In this document: in pieces, positions 11,588-24,031 of the stretch
How positions within the stretch are numbered: position 1 is the stretch's first letter
Layout: each line of letters begins with the position of its first letter
Assembly (NCBI GenBank): GCA_973895155.1
Contig: OZ316895.1
Span: 1,052,435 to 1,116,434 of the forward strand
Length of the DNA: 64,000 bases
Origin: Marsupella aquatica
Taxonomy: Eukaryota > Plantae > Marchantiophyta
Direction: 5' to 3'
Made by a program: the position numbers and the translations under genes
Notes under the pieces: model-generated
Seen by the model: only the letters and a program-made list of their open reading frames with translations
The model's database searches: none
Told to the model about the DNA's origin: nothing

Positions 11588-13349
11588 GGCCTGGAATGGC
11601 AGCAAGACAAACATTCACAGCATTTGAGGACGCAACACAAATTGCAAATCACATGAGAAGCAACCGGGATGAAAATGTTGATGGCCGTAGAGCACCTTAC
11701 AGATTTGTGTTAAACTAGCTGCGACCTTCACACTGTAAAGCACCCGCTTCCCGTTTGCTGAAGTTGTCCCACCTCGAGCTGGCTCTCACAACAAAACTCA
11801 CAAAGCTGCTCCTAATCAATGGCGTCGAAACCTGCCAAAGTTGTTCGCAAAAAATGTTGTCTCATCCTCGCAGCACGCAGAGTCGCGAGGTAGACATCGA
11901 CCTCTTTCCCCCCGATCCGTTGCGTGGCTCATCCAACCTTCACTGTCAACCCTGTGCTAACCTCGGTTACACACGACCCGACTGGTCGGGTCGGACCATA
12001 TTCTCGGGCGTGACTGGTCGGGTGACACATTTGGTGCCCAACCAGTCTCGCTCGCTGCCCTGACCCGCAACGCTCCCGGGGGCTGTCCCGCACGGAAAAT
12101 CTTCATATTTGAGACGCCCTAGTGTAACAAAACAAAAACAGGAACAAAAGACTCTGAAATTCAGTAAACAGTGAATTCACATCTGTTCAAACCATGAAAG
12201 TGATTCAGTGATTTCCATTCAAGCACCTGATCAAACCTTTGTGTCTATCCTGAGCATTCCTTTGCACCACAGGTGGGAGATTTGCGTAAATACACAAATT
12301 TCTCTTCAACAAACTGTAATCAAGACTGTAACTTGAGCTACATCTTTTTCACAAAATCTGCTCTTCAACACAACTTGAGGTTGAATCGCACCTTTATGGG
12401 GGTGGGTCAATTCAGCTGAGTGTTCTGTATTGGAGTACTTGTTGATACTGCAATATAAGGGAAACAAAAGGCATTCTGGGCAGTGGTAAAAAGGAATGTG
12501 ATTCATCCTAGTACACAGAGGTGGGAAAAAATTAAAAAAATCTAACAAGTTAAGATGTGTAGAAATGATGTTATAATACAAAGGTATATGAATTTTGATG
12601 CATTTGCTTTTGGTTAGAATGTTTTGGGTGTAATTGAGCTATTTATAAAACTTCCTGAAAATTTGAATCATGAATGGTTATTTCCCATGTCAACAACTAG
12701 TACGATATAGTAATAATTAGTTTCACCCAAATAATAATTCTTTTAAAAATTGGCTTCCAGCTTAGAACCTGAGATTCCAAAAATTAGATTCCAGGCACGT
12801 CAATTTGAAAAATATTATGTACATACAAGCCCAATGCCCGTGCATTGCACAGAAGATGTTGGAGCAAGGCAAAGATATTGAGGTGAAGCAAGGATGTCAA
12901 GGCAAGGAAAAAATGTTATGCATAGCAAAGATGTTGAGGAGAAGCAAGGAAATGCAAGTGAGGCAAGAAAATGCTGGCGAGACAAAGAAATGAAAGTGTG
13001 GCGAGAAAATTGTTAAGCATGCTAATATGTGTTGTTGTGACCATGCTGTCATCACAATCATGCGGTCATTGTGACCATGCGGTTGTTGCAGCCATGCAAT
13101 TATTGTGGTCATATTGTGGTTACATCCATGCTGTTGTTGCTGCCATGAGACCATTACCATTGTGACCATGTTATTGGGTGACATGCAAGTTTATTGTGCA
13201 GAAAAGAGTAAATTAATGTAAGTCAAACATTTTAATGAAAGGATAATGCATAAGATGCTTAGTACAAATGTGAAATATGTTGTTCAATACCAGGATGCAA
13301 ACGGTTATTCTACCAAAGGGAATTACAAAGGTAGATATAAACAAATTCA

Positions 13350-13760
13350 ATTGGAAGTTGAAGAGAGTGTTTTCAAAGTGTTAATGTTTTCAAAGAAAGT
13401 GTTGTGGTTGTGAAAAGATTGGGGTTGGATGGTAAATTGAACAGTATCGTCAAACAAAACTTGCAAAGCAAATGCTTTGTTGAGTGGAAATCTCTGTTGA
13501 GCATTGCCATTTTGAAAAAGTTGACATTGTGACTCAAATATTGCCTTAAAGTTTGGGCAGGAGTTTGGATAAATGCAGTTGAGAGGCAGTTTAGAAAGTG
13601 TTGTGGTTGCAGGAAGATTGTAGTTAAATAGTAGATTGAAAAGTACTGTCAAACAAAAAACTTGTAGACAAAAGAATTGGTTAAAAGTAAATCTATTTTC
13701 AAGCAAAAGTGGAGTTGCATAGAAGTGTTGTCATTTATAAGATGTTATTGCTGTCATTCA
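13350..13760 (+). mobile_element. Highly degenerate DNA-transposon relic (two diverged copies of a possible hAT-type N-terminal zinc-finger segment)
   Basis: gaaagtgttgtggttg...gtcaaacaaaa..ttg occurs twice (~13395 and ~13594). The broken translation resembles F..W....WL...C..C...NA...G. Confidence 0.25.
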
Positions 13761-14402
13761 AGCGGGCATTCAAGTCTTGCTTTTGGGTTTATGTTCTCTA
13801 TGAAGAAGATGGTCAAAACAATAGGCAAAATGTATGTAGACCGTGGCAAGTGCAAAAGTCTGATGAATGGGGACCAAAAATAACCCATAAGGGGCAAGGG
13901 AGGGGGACACAGAATGAATGATCCAAATATAAATGCCAAGAAAATGAATGAACCAATTGGGTGCATGGTGACCTAACCCACTGCAAAGTGAGAGGAGGGT
14001 GGATGATTTTCCCCAACTATGAAATTCAATCCCCCCACCCCTCCAAAATAAATGCAATGTGGGGGGAGCTAGGGCGAATAGACAATAACCAACCCTAAAT
14101 ACCCTGTTTTTATAGGATGAAAAAAATTTCAGAACATTAGACAAAAACCTGCCTACCTCCCCAAGAAAACAGAAACCCATCACCTCTCTAAAGAAGAAAA
14201 AGCTTGTGTTGCACCTTTTGTTTAAGCAATTTCACTATGTGTACTTCCTTTGAAAAATTAGAAGAAAGTGTGAGGAATGTTCAGGAAAAAAAGGGATCTA
14301 GAAAAATAGTTTTTGGTTGCCTTTTGTTGTCAGAGATTTTAGGCGTGTCTTTTCTTTAAGCCATCAGTGCCCATATAAAAGGAGAAGAGTCCAAGGAGTC
14401 TC

Positions 14403-14517
14403 CCTTTTTCACATTCTTCTCCTCTAGGGTGAGACTTTGCTCCACAATTTGAGGAACAACCTTTTTCACATTCTTCTCCTCTAGGGTGAGACTTAGCTCC
14501 ACAATTTGAGGAACAAT
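14403..14517. repeat. 57-bp tandem duplication
   Basis: cctttttcacattcttctcctctagggtgagactt(t/a)gctccacaatttgaggaacaa x2, one mismatch. Confidence 0.9.
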
Positions 14518-15403
14518 GTACTAAAAATGGTGAAACCGGGTGGATCCAGGTTTTGTCATGGACAGCGGTGCTTTAAAAGAATTATATCAACTTTAAAAAC
14601 AAATGAGCTACAATAAAACAGTGGCAAAGAAATTGGGAAGAAAAATGCTACACAATCGAATGACCATTTTACCCATTGTTTTTTCCCAATTGTTGCAACA
14701 CATTGACCAAGGGCAAAGAAATAGGTACACTGCACTTGTTGCACTGCAGTTTAGGTAGCACGATGGCCAAGGGCATGTGGGGCAAGCCAGGCCCAGGACT
14801 GTCCACTCCTCCTCCACCAAGGTGAGGTACTGTCCTCGCCTCACTCCAGGAGAAGTACTTGTGGGAGGATTTGCGCAAGGCAGGAGGGTGCAGTAAGGGG
14901 CCAATCTTGTGATTGAAGGATTGGGAAAAAATGCTACCCAATTCAATAGCCATGGATCATTCCTGCCAAACCTCCTTTTGTAAGCAAACAATGACAACAA
15001 AAGCGCAGGATTATGTATTATAGTAGTTGATATATGTCATGCCGAGGGACAGTGCCTCTTGTGCACATTGGCATGTCCCTCGCATGCCCGCTAGGTATGT
15101 AGTTAGGGCTAGTGTACTACTTGAGTTAGCAACATGTTCTTATAGCAAATTCCAGGCGTTCTTGAAGCAACGCGCTTGTTACTGTGACGCCAGGACTTTG
15201 CTTGCTTAGGGCATGTTGTTCTTTGTTGGTTTTCAGTTCTTCTTGAATCGCTATTGACAGAGCTCAGACAGTGCTTGTCAGTTCCGTACACGGGATTCAC
15301 ACAGTGATTTGTTAGATGCTCCCGGCCGATCTTGGCATCCCGTTGGTTTTTGATTTGATTTCAGTACGATTGTTTCTCTTACGCCTTTTATTCAAGAAGA
15401 ACT

Positions 15404-17100
15404 GTCATACATTACAGGCCCTACCTCTATGGGACCAGGTTTGTTCTCTACACCGACCACCAGCCCTTGAAGTGGTTGATGACCAACAACAAGCTTACTG
15501 GCAAGCTTGCTCGTTGGGTGCTCATACTCCAGGAGTATGATTTTGAGGTAATTCATAGGCCTGGTGTGACACATCAAAATGATGACAGTATGTCCCACAG
15601 CCCTTTGATTGCCTCTGATGATTCCTTAGATGCACGGCAGGATTTTGACCAGGTTTCCATCCTGCCTACATTTCATGCATCTACCTATCTTGCTTTGCTG
15701 CCATGCTACGTTGTTGACCAACCTGTGGTGGACATATGGGAGGACAACGACACTCTGAGATTTTTGCAACATGGGGAGTACCCCATACATGTTACTGCAA
15801 CCCAGAGAGACCAAATTCAGCAAAGGTCCAAGCGTTACTTGTGGAAGGGAGATCATCTTGTGCGCTGCTTGCCAGACAAGGAAGTGGTGGTTCCACCCAT
15901 TCATGAGAGGGTTGGCCTTATTCGTAAGGTACATTCTGAGCTTGGTCATTTTGGCGTTAAGAGGACTTACAGCCTCTTGGTCCCTCATTATCATTGGAGA
16001 GGCATGCATGGCCAGGTTTGAGATGTTATTGCCCCGGTGTGAACAGTGTGATAGGGTGAGGACTTCTTTCACATCTCGGCAACCCACTTCATCCACTCCC
16101 TATTCAGGGCATGTTTTATCGCTAGTCATGTGATTTGGCTGGAGAATTACCCCTCACGTCTCGGGGTAATCTCTACATCATGATCATGATAGAGCATTCT
16201 TCCAAGTGGATAGAACTTGTGGCATTGCCAGATAAGACCTCCCGTAGCACCAGCCAGACATTCCTGCAACAAGTTCTCAGCCGCTTTGGAGCTTGTGCAG
16301 AATGTCTCACTGACCAGGGCTCAGAGTTTAGAGGAGAGTTCCAAGAGCTGCTTGATCAGGCCCTCATTGATCATCGCCGGACATCACGAGATCACCCACA
16401 GGCAGATGGCTTGGCAGAGCGCATGGTTCAGACATGCAAGAAGGGCCTCCGGAAGATCTGCCTCACCAAAAACAAGGAGGATTGGGACCTGGCCTTACCC
16501 TACATTGCCATGGGGTATAGGATGTCTAGACATGCATCACTGTCTAACTTTTCTCCCTACTTCTTGTTGTTTGGTCGTCACCCAGTTCCAACTTATGCTA
16601 TTGTTGCTCACATGCTTCAGGTGGTGGACTTGGATTCAGCTGTGACTTGGTCTGATGTGATCTCTGAGAGGGCTGCCCTATTCAGGAGGGTTATGCCGAT
16701 GGCCATGGAGAATTTGGCCATTGCACAACACAGGGACACACTGCGTTATGCACACACACGAGGGGGCACTTTTCAGCCCAAGGTCAGGAAGTTTGATGTG
16801 GGAGATTTTGTGTACTTGTAGCGGCAAGCTAACGACACCCTGCACACCTCTACCAGTTGTACCATTCTCAGGGTTAAGGCTATTTGACCGTCTGGAGTGC
16901 TAGAGTTACAAAGGGCAGATGGGCGCACAATTACTGACAATGCCAAGAATTGCGCCCCTTGTCATCTGCCTAACCTGGATCCCACCATTGTCACTTCTAC
17001 CATTGTCACTTCTACAATGGAGGGTACCATCTTTTCTGCCTTCGACCTGAACTTACCCAGGTGCCACAAGGGTTATGGTTTTGCCCTTCCTATGCTCCAC
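15404..17100 (+). pseudogene. Gypsy pol remnant: RNase H C-terminus, integrase (HHCC + DDE) and PHD finger
   Basis: RPYLYGTRFVLYTDHQPLKWLM...LARWVLILQEYDF; HSELGHFG...CEQC; LTDQGSEF...HPQADGLAERMV; NGGYHLFCLRPELTQVPQGLWFCPS at 17016-17090. Several stops and frameshifts. Confidence 0.9.
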
Positions 17101-17183
17101 ATGCTACCTGACTTTTCTTCAGCCCTCCTTTTGGCTGTGGTCTGGGGGGGATAGAGAGGTTTACACTTCCACTATGTACATAC

Positions 17184-17548
17184 TCTTAGATATTGTTCTA
17201 GTCTTGTGACCCGAGTTAGACTAACCATAGTCACAAGACTAGAACCATAGTTAGTCTAACTCGGGTTAGGACTTAGCTAATGTTAGCGGTAATAATAGTG
17301 CATATAGCCAGGGCTGATGCCAGACCCTGGTGGAACTTAGGCTCATTGTTACGGAGCTAGTTGAGAGATAGGGAGAGCTTGTGCTGTGGATGCTTGGTAT
17401 GGCCGGTCGACCTAGAGTGCAGTAAAACTCTTGTGTGTTCCCATGGACGTAGCCTCATGTGGAGGTGAACCACGTATCTCTCTGTGTCAACTCTTGTGCG
17501 TTGGATGGTTCATGGGCTTGCCGTTACGAATGTTGTCTATGCTCAACA
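17184..17548 (+). repeat. Copia 5' LTR (365 bp; terminal TG mutated to TC)
   Basis: Near-identical to 23690-24031, with an extra templated inverted insertion at ~17211-17245. Confidence 0.95.
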
Positions 17549-19411
17549 AGTGGTATCAGAGCATGCCTGGGAGGTGACAAGATTTTATCGTGATAGGTTT
17601 TTCCAGCGTTCATTGTCAATGGTACATTTGGAGTTTCATTGCATGAAACTCGAATGTGTGTGGCTGTGCGGATAGGTTAGTGAAAGGGCATTCTAACGGT
17701 GGTTAGAACTCGCTGATCGGTATCCGTGGTGCGGAGGAATTGAAGTTTGCGTCGTTCAGGGTTTATTCGTGTTCGACAGGTTTTCGAGGGAGAGACCAGA
17801 GTTCGCGTTTTTCAACGGTGTGAGCTGTGCGGTGCGGGAGGGATTGCACATTATAGCTCAAGTTGAAGGTTTATGCGAGCTGGACGTTTCGGTAGCTGGA
17901 TTGCTGCCGAGTTGTTATCGAGTGCGTCGTGACGAGTGAAGGAGGCGTTCAGGTTTTTTCACAAGCTATGGAGCTTGTTCACATCTGAACCGGGTTTCTC
18001 TTCATGATATTCGACTCGGTGGAAGAAACGCGAAGTGCTACGGCTCAATGGTTTGATCGCGGTGAGGCGGTCATTTTGAGCCCGGGATTGGCACTTGACA
18101 CGGAGTGAAGATGACGCGACATAAATTTTTTACTCTGCTGGAGCTGCAGACTGTGCCGGTGCAATTCGGCAACTTTTTCCGTCGGCGGCGTTCACTTTCC
18201 TCACTTAAAACGGCAGCAATTAGGTGAGTCTTTTATTCATTTTTTCCCGGGGGGAGTTTTTTTGCCTTTAAGGGGGTCTTTTTGGGCCTTGTGTGTGTAT
18301 ACACACACCCTGCACTCCCGATACTCCCCCTCCCCCGTGTATTCGCTTTCCCCCCCCGACACCCTAAACTTGTGGCGCAGCGGCGCCTCTCTGAGCGCCG
18401 GCCGGTGCTAAAGGCGTTGCCTCGCGCCCTCCCATATCGACCCCCCCTTTTTACCCCTCCATCTTGCGCTGCCTCGCGCTGCCTCGCGCTCCCTCGCGAC
18501 TGGCTGCTTCTGCCGGCCGCCTGCCCTCGGTGTACGATAAGTACCCTCGCCCCCAACCTGACGCCTCTGTACCGCCCTGCGTGTATACTCGGCATCGCCC
18601 TTGCTTATTTCCTTTGTACATGCCCGGCCCGGTACGCGTATACTCCCTGGCCCGCCTTTGTTTTTTTTATACACTGTATTTAGTGATAAGGGGCTTTAGC
18701 ACCCCCTTAAGGCCCTATTTTAAGCATTTTCTTTTTCCTTTTGTTTCCTCTTGTGCCGGGACCTGCCGCCCGCCATTTTAATCGCTTGGACAGGGGGAAC
18801 GGCCCCCTGTGAGACCTGTCGGATTGTGCGGGAATATTCTCAAAAAACAAAGAGCTGTTTTTTGGCCGTCCGACAAAGATTCCGTCCACCGAACGATAAC
18901 TTTTTTGGTTCTTTTTCGGTGAGGACGTTGCCACTAGAGTTAGCAATGCGGCGCACCGATCACATCGTGATTCTAACAACGGGTTGTACTGGGTATTTTG
19001 GTTATTCTTCGAGGTGGTCAAAACGGGGGAGTTTCCCAAGGTTTTACCCACCCCGACCGAAATTTGAATAACTTTTCTGTCGAATTTTGATTTTGATTTC
19101 GGCTTTCAGTATTGGACTCCTAGCTTCATAGGCTACGCGGCGGTGTTGAGTTTTGAGTTTCGAGAAGTTTTTTATGAGAAGTTTCGAGAAAAGACATTTT
19201 TTAGTGATTGTTTCATATGAGTGACTCGGGGGATACTGGAAGAATTGGCGTCGGTGCAGCTTCAAGATCGCGATGGTCAGACGGTGAGTCTGAGGAGGAG
19301 ATGCTACCATTTGAGGAGGAACTTGTAACACCAGTACGATCACCGATGTAGCGTGCAGTGGAGGAAGCTGTACTACTACCAGAGCTTTCGGTAGTAGGGA
19401 AGAAGAGGGAG

Positions 19412-22400
19412 ATGGCTAGATTTGGAGGAGTGAAGTTTGAGGTGGAGAAGTACAATGGTCATACTGATTACTTATTGTGGGAGAAGCAAGTGAAGAGTGT
19501 CCTTCGGGCCATGGGCTTAGCTCATCTGCTTTCTTCGCGAGAGCAGTATGATGGAGAGGAGAAGATTTCTGTGAGACAGTGGAGACATGAGCAGGTGATT
19601 GCTGTCGATGCAGTGATGCTATATCTCAAGCCGCACATCATCAAGCAGCTGGATGATTATGCGAATTTAATTGCGCGTCACTGTTTAAGGCTCTAAGAGA
19701 GAAGTACTACCGGGAAGATGCGTCAGACCGGCTATACAAGAAGTCTCTCTTGATGAGCCTTAGGCTCAAAGAAGGGAGCAAGATGCAGGATCACCTGGAT
19801 GAGTTTGACAGTCTAGCAGTGGATTTGTCAAATTTGGAAAAAGGAGTTGAAGATGAGGATAAGGCCTTGCTTCTGCTAAGCTCCTTACCGCCATCTTATC
19901 AGGGCTTGAAACAGGTGCTCTTGTACAGAGATCTGAAGTCCATTTCGTATAATGAGGTGGTGAACTCATTATTATCTGATAATGCTCAGAAGAAGCTGGG
20001 TCAATCACAGACAACATCTTCTTCTGGCACTGCGCTCAATGTGAACAGGGGAAGAGCAGCGCAGCGCACAAATGGGCAGAACAGGTTTAGATCTACATCA
20101 CGGGGGAGATATAAATCCAGAGGGAAATCGCAAGAGAGGAAGCCTCTTGCATGTTGGAATTGTGGCAAGCTTGGCCACATGAAAAGGGATTGTCGAGTAA
20201 AGGTCCCTACTACCTCTGCTAACGCGGCATCGAGCTCGCATGAGGTAGATTTACTTGATGATGATGACATATTATGATGTCAAGGTTATGCTCTCAACGT
20301 AGTGTCAAATCCGGGTAGTGATGACTGGATTCTAGATAGTGCATGTACTTTTCACATTTGCTTTAGGAGAGATTTTTTCAGTTCTTACATGGTTTCCAAC
20401 GGGTCAATGTTGATGGGAAATGGAATCCCATGTCAAGTTGTTGGACTTGGATCTGTAAAATTTCATATGTTTGATGGTGCTGTGAGAACGTTGAGGAATG
20501 TGAGACATATTCCCAGCATGATGAAAAATCTCATTTCACTTGGAGTTTTAGAAGCAAATGGCCATCAGTGGAGCTCTGCTAATGGTGTCCTTCAGGTTTC
20601 AACTGGTACTAAAGTTGTATTGAAGGGAAAGAGACATAGCAATCTATATGTTTTGGAGGGCAATGTAGTTTGTGATGAAGCCAATGTAACCTTATCTCAT
20701 GAGGAGACGGCCCGGCTGTGGCACTTTCGTTTGGGCCACATGAGTGAAAAAGGTTTGGTTATTCTTCAGAAGAAAGGATTACTTTCTAATTTGCAATCTT
20801 GTAAGTTGGAATTTTGTGAGCACTGTGTGCTTGGGAAGCAGCACAGGAAACCCTTCGGAGTTGGAACTCACACCAGCAAGGAGGTACTTGAGTATGTACA
20901 TAGTGATGTGTGGGGTCCAGCTCCTACTCCCTCACATTCTAGACGGTTCTACTATGTCACGTTCATAGACGATTACTCAAGGTATGTGTGGATATACTTT
21001 CTACACAATAAGTTTGATGTTTTTGCCACTTTTAAGGAGTGGAAAGCCCAAGTAGAGAATCAGACTGGTAATAAGGTGAGATATCTTCGATCGGATAATG
21101 GTGGTGAATACAGTTCCAGGGAATTTGGAATGTATTGTAAGGAGCAGGGGATTACCCGCCATCTCACAACAATTTATACTCCTCAGCAAAATGGTGTTTT
21201 TGAGAGACTCAACCAAACACTATTGGACCGCTCGAGGAGTATGTTGAGTCAATCATGCTTCCCACATGAGTTTTGGGCTGAAGCTGTCAACACTGCAGCT
21301 TATTTGGTAAATTTTTCTCCATCCAGTTCTATTGGATTCAAGACGCCATTTGAAATAAGGTACGGGCGTCCAACAGATTACTCACATCTAAGGATTTATG
21401 GATGTGATGCTTATGTGCTTACACCTTCCCAGCTTCGATCCAAGCTAGAGTCCAAATCGAAGAAGTGCATTTTCCTTGGCTATCAAAAAGGTGTGAAGGG
21501 TTATAGGTTATGGGATCCAGTAACTTGTAAACTAATTGTCAGTAGAGATGTGTCCTTTAATGAGTCCAGATCATCAAAGGAGGGGGAGAGTTGTCAGAAC
21601 TCTCATACTGACAAGGGGAAATCTCTCATCCCGGACCGGGTTGAGGGGGAGATTAGTCATGATGTTGTTCATGATAGGAGAGATGGAGAAGCTCAGGGCT
21701 TGGAGCTGGTTCATGTGATGGAACAAGAGGAGCAGATTGTTACTGGGGTACCTCAAATTCAACCAGCAACACCAACAGATCAGCCTGAGTCATCTACTAG
21801 AAGAACTTCCAGTCGTTCTACTAGAGCTCCTACCAGGTATGGTCAATGGGCAGACTCATCTAAGCTAGATGATATTGACATTGCACCTGATGAAGATGAC
21901 ATGGTTTTGATCTTGGAAGAAGGAGAGCCTTCTTCATACAGTGAGGCTTGTGCTTCAGAGCAGAAGCATGAGTAGAATGCAACAATGCAGAGGGAGTTGC
22001 AATCTTTGAGTGACAACAAGACATGAGAGTTGGTGGAGCTTCCAAGAGGTCAGCAAGTGGTGGATAACAAGTGGATTTACAAGTTAAGGACAGTCCTTCA
22101 GAAGGTGGAGATAAGATCTACAAGGCAAGGCTTGTTGCCAAGGGGTTCACTCAGGAGAAAGGAGTGGACTACAATGAGGTCTTTTCACCGGTGGCTAAGT
22201 ATTCCACAATTCGGATCTTGTGTCAACTTGTTGTGTTTTTTAATCTGGTGATGGATCAGATGGATGTTGTTACTGCTTTTCTCTATGACAACTTGGAAGA
22301 GTTGATCTTCATGAGACAGCCACTAGGCTTTATGAAAAAGTCCAAGAGAACTTAGTTCGCAGATTGCTCAAGTCCTTGTATGGATTGAAGCAGTCTCCCA

Positions 22401-23493
22401 GACATGGAACAAGCGGTTTGATGATTTCATGCTTGCTCAAGGTTTTACAAGGATGGTGTATGATCCTTGTGTGTATACGAAATCAGTCAAGAATGATGTA
22501 TTTGGTTTCATCATTCTGGTGATCTATATGGATGACATGCTGATTGTGGCTAAAGATCAATCTGAGGTTGACAGTCTCAAGGCGAAATTGAGTGTTGAAT
22601 TCAGGATGAAGGATCTTGGTAAGGCCAAGAGGATCTTAGGGATGGAGATTTTTAGGAACTCTGATACTGGACAGTTGTGCTTGAGTCAAGGCCAGTATGC
22701 GAGGAAAGTACTGGCACGATTCAACATGGAGAACTGTAAGCCAGTGAGTATTCCTTTAGCTTCACATTTCAAGTTATCATCGGCTTTCTCTCCTACGGAT
22801 GCTGTGGAGAAAGGTCTGATGGCTAAGATTCCTTATGAAAAGGCAGTAGCCAGTCTGATGTATTTGATGACTTATACTAGGTCTGACTTAGCCCTAGCGA
22901 TGGGCAAGGTCAGCAGATTCATGTCAAATCTAGGAAAGGTACACTAGGAAGCTGTGAAATGGATTCTCACGTATCTCAAGGGTACACAGGACTATGGATT
23001 ACTATTTGATAACAGATCAGATAGAACGTTAGTTGGCTATGTAGATTCTGACTATGGAGGCTGTCTGGATACAAGGAGGTCTACAACTGGGTTTGTATAC
23101 ACTCTTGGAGGAGGATGTATCAGTTGGAAATATACCTTGCAGAAGTGCATTTCTCAGTCTACGACAGAAGCAGAGTATGTTGCAGCAGCAAAAGCAGCAA
23201 AGGAAGCAATTTGGTTGGATAAGTTGATCACGGAGATGGGTTTAGAGCATGGCAAAATGACTCTAAACTGTGATAGTCAGAGTGCTCTTCACTTGGCTGC
23301 TAACCAGGTGATGGATAGCAGGGTGAAGCACATTGATATCAGGTACCATTTTATCAGGCAAGCAGTGTCTGATAAAACTTTTGAGCTAGTCAAGATTGAT
23401 GGAAAGCTCAATCCCGCTGATGCCTTTACCAAAGTGATTCCTTTGGAGAGTTTCTCAAGACATCGTGCTACTTTGCAGGTTTTGCAATTGTAG
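19412..23493 (+). pseudogene. Copia gag-pol polyprotein with stops and frameshifts
   Basis: Gag MARFGGVKFEVEKYNG; zinc knuckle CWNCGKLGHMKRDC; protease WILDSACTFH; GAG-pre-integrase LWHFRLGH; integrase VHSDVWGP/RSDNGGEY; RT KARLVAKGF/QMDVVTAFL/YMDDML; RNase H GYVDSDY/STTEAEY/KHIDIRYHFIR. Confidence 0.95.
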
Positions 23494-23689
23494 TGCAAGT
23501 AGAGTTATTTAGCAATGTGTGACTATTTGTATATGGATTACTCATTCCTGTTTGGCTACGGCTTAGTTCTAGTTAACCCTTGTGGTTTTTAGGGCGAGAC
23601 CTGGTTTGGTGATTGTCTAGAACTTCCCGCTGAGGATTCCATATGGTAGCATTTAGTTCAGTCCCCAAGACAAGAGTCAAGGGGGAGTT

Positions 23690-24031
23690 TGTTAGATATT
23701 GCTCTAGTCTTGTGACTCATGAGCTAACCACAGTTAGTCTAACTCAGGTTAGGACTTAGCTAATGTTAGCGGTAATAATAGTGCATATAGCTAGGGCTGA
23801 TGCCAGACCCTAGTGGAACTTAGGCTCATTGTTATGGAGCTAGTTGAGAGATAGGGAGAGCTTGTGCTGTGGATGCTTGGTATGGCCGGTCGGCCTAGAG
23901 TGCAGTAAAGCTCTTGTGTGTTCCCGTGGACGTAGCCTCATGTGGAGGTGAACCACGTATCTCTCTGTGTCGACTCTTGTGCGTTGGATGGTTCATGGGC
24001 TTGCCGTTACGAATGTCGTCTATGCTCAACA
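23690..24031 (+). repeat. Copia 3' LTR (342 bp, TG..CA)
   Basis: Follows the PPT and is followed by TSD CATAC. Confidence 0.95.

Larger units (their letters stand above)
6759..12120. mobile_element. PIF/Harbinger DNA transposon, non-autonomous deletion derivative with extra ORFs
   Basis: Perfect 18-bp TIRs AGGGCGTCTCAAATATGA (6759-6776) and TCATATTTGAGACGCCCT (12103-12120). Flanked by AGT...AGT (3-bp TSD); an alternative reading is TA with 17-bp TIRs. Contains the DDE_Tnp_4-type C-terminus and a convergent Myb/SANT-like ORF. Confidence 0.9.
17184..24031 (+). mobile_element. Full-length Ty1/Copia LTR retrotransposon (Tnt1/Tork-like), non-functional
   Basis: 5' LTR 17184-17548 and 3' LTR 23690-24031; TSD CATAC on both sides; PBS TGGTATCAGAGC (tRNA-iMet) 17551-17562; PPT AAGGGGGAG ~23679-23687; domain order gag-PR-INT-RT-RH. 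Confidence 0.97.

Noticed and set aside
10976-11614. Helitron as the source of the RPA-like ORF
   Set aside because: No Rep/helicase remnants or convincing 5'-TC and hairpin-CTAG termini were seen, and the ORF lies inside Harbinger TIRs. An old capture cannot be fully excluded.
13020-13190. Cys/His/Met-rich small ORFs
   Set aside because: Arise from a degenerate tgtgaccatg repeat.
18233-19071. Several 90-130 aa ORFs in the Copia leader and at 55605-56067
   Set aside because: GC-rich low-complexity sequence that is open in many frames on both strands, with no domain motifs.
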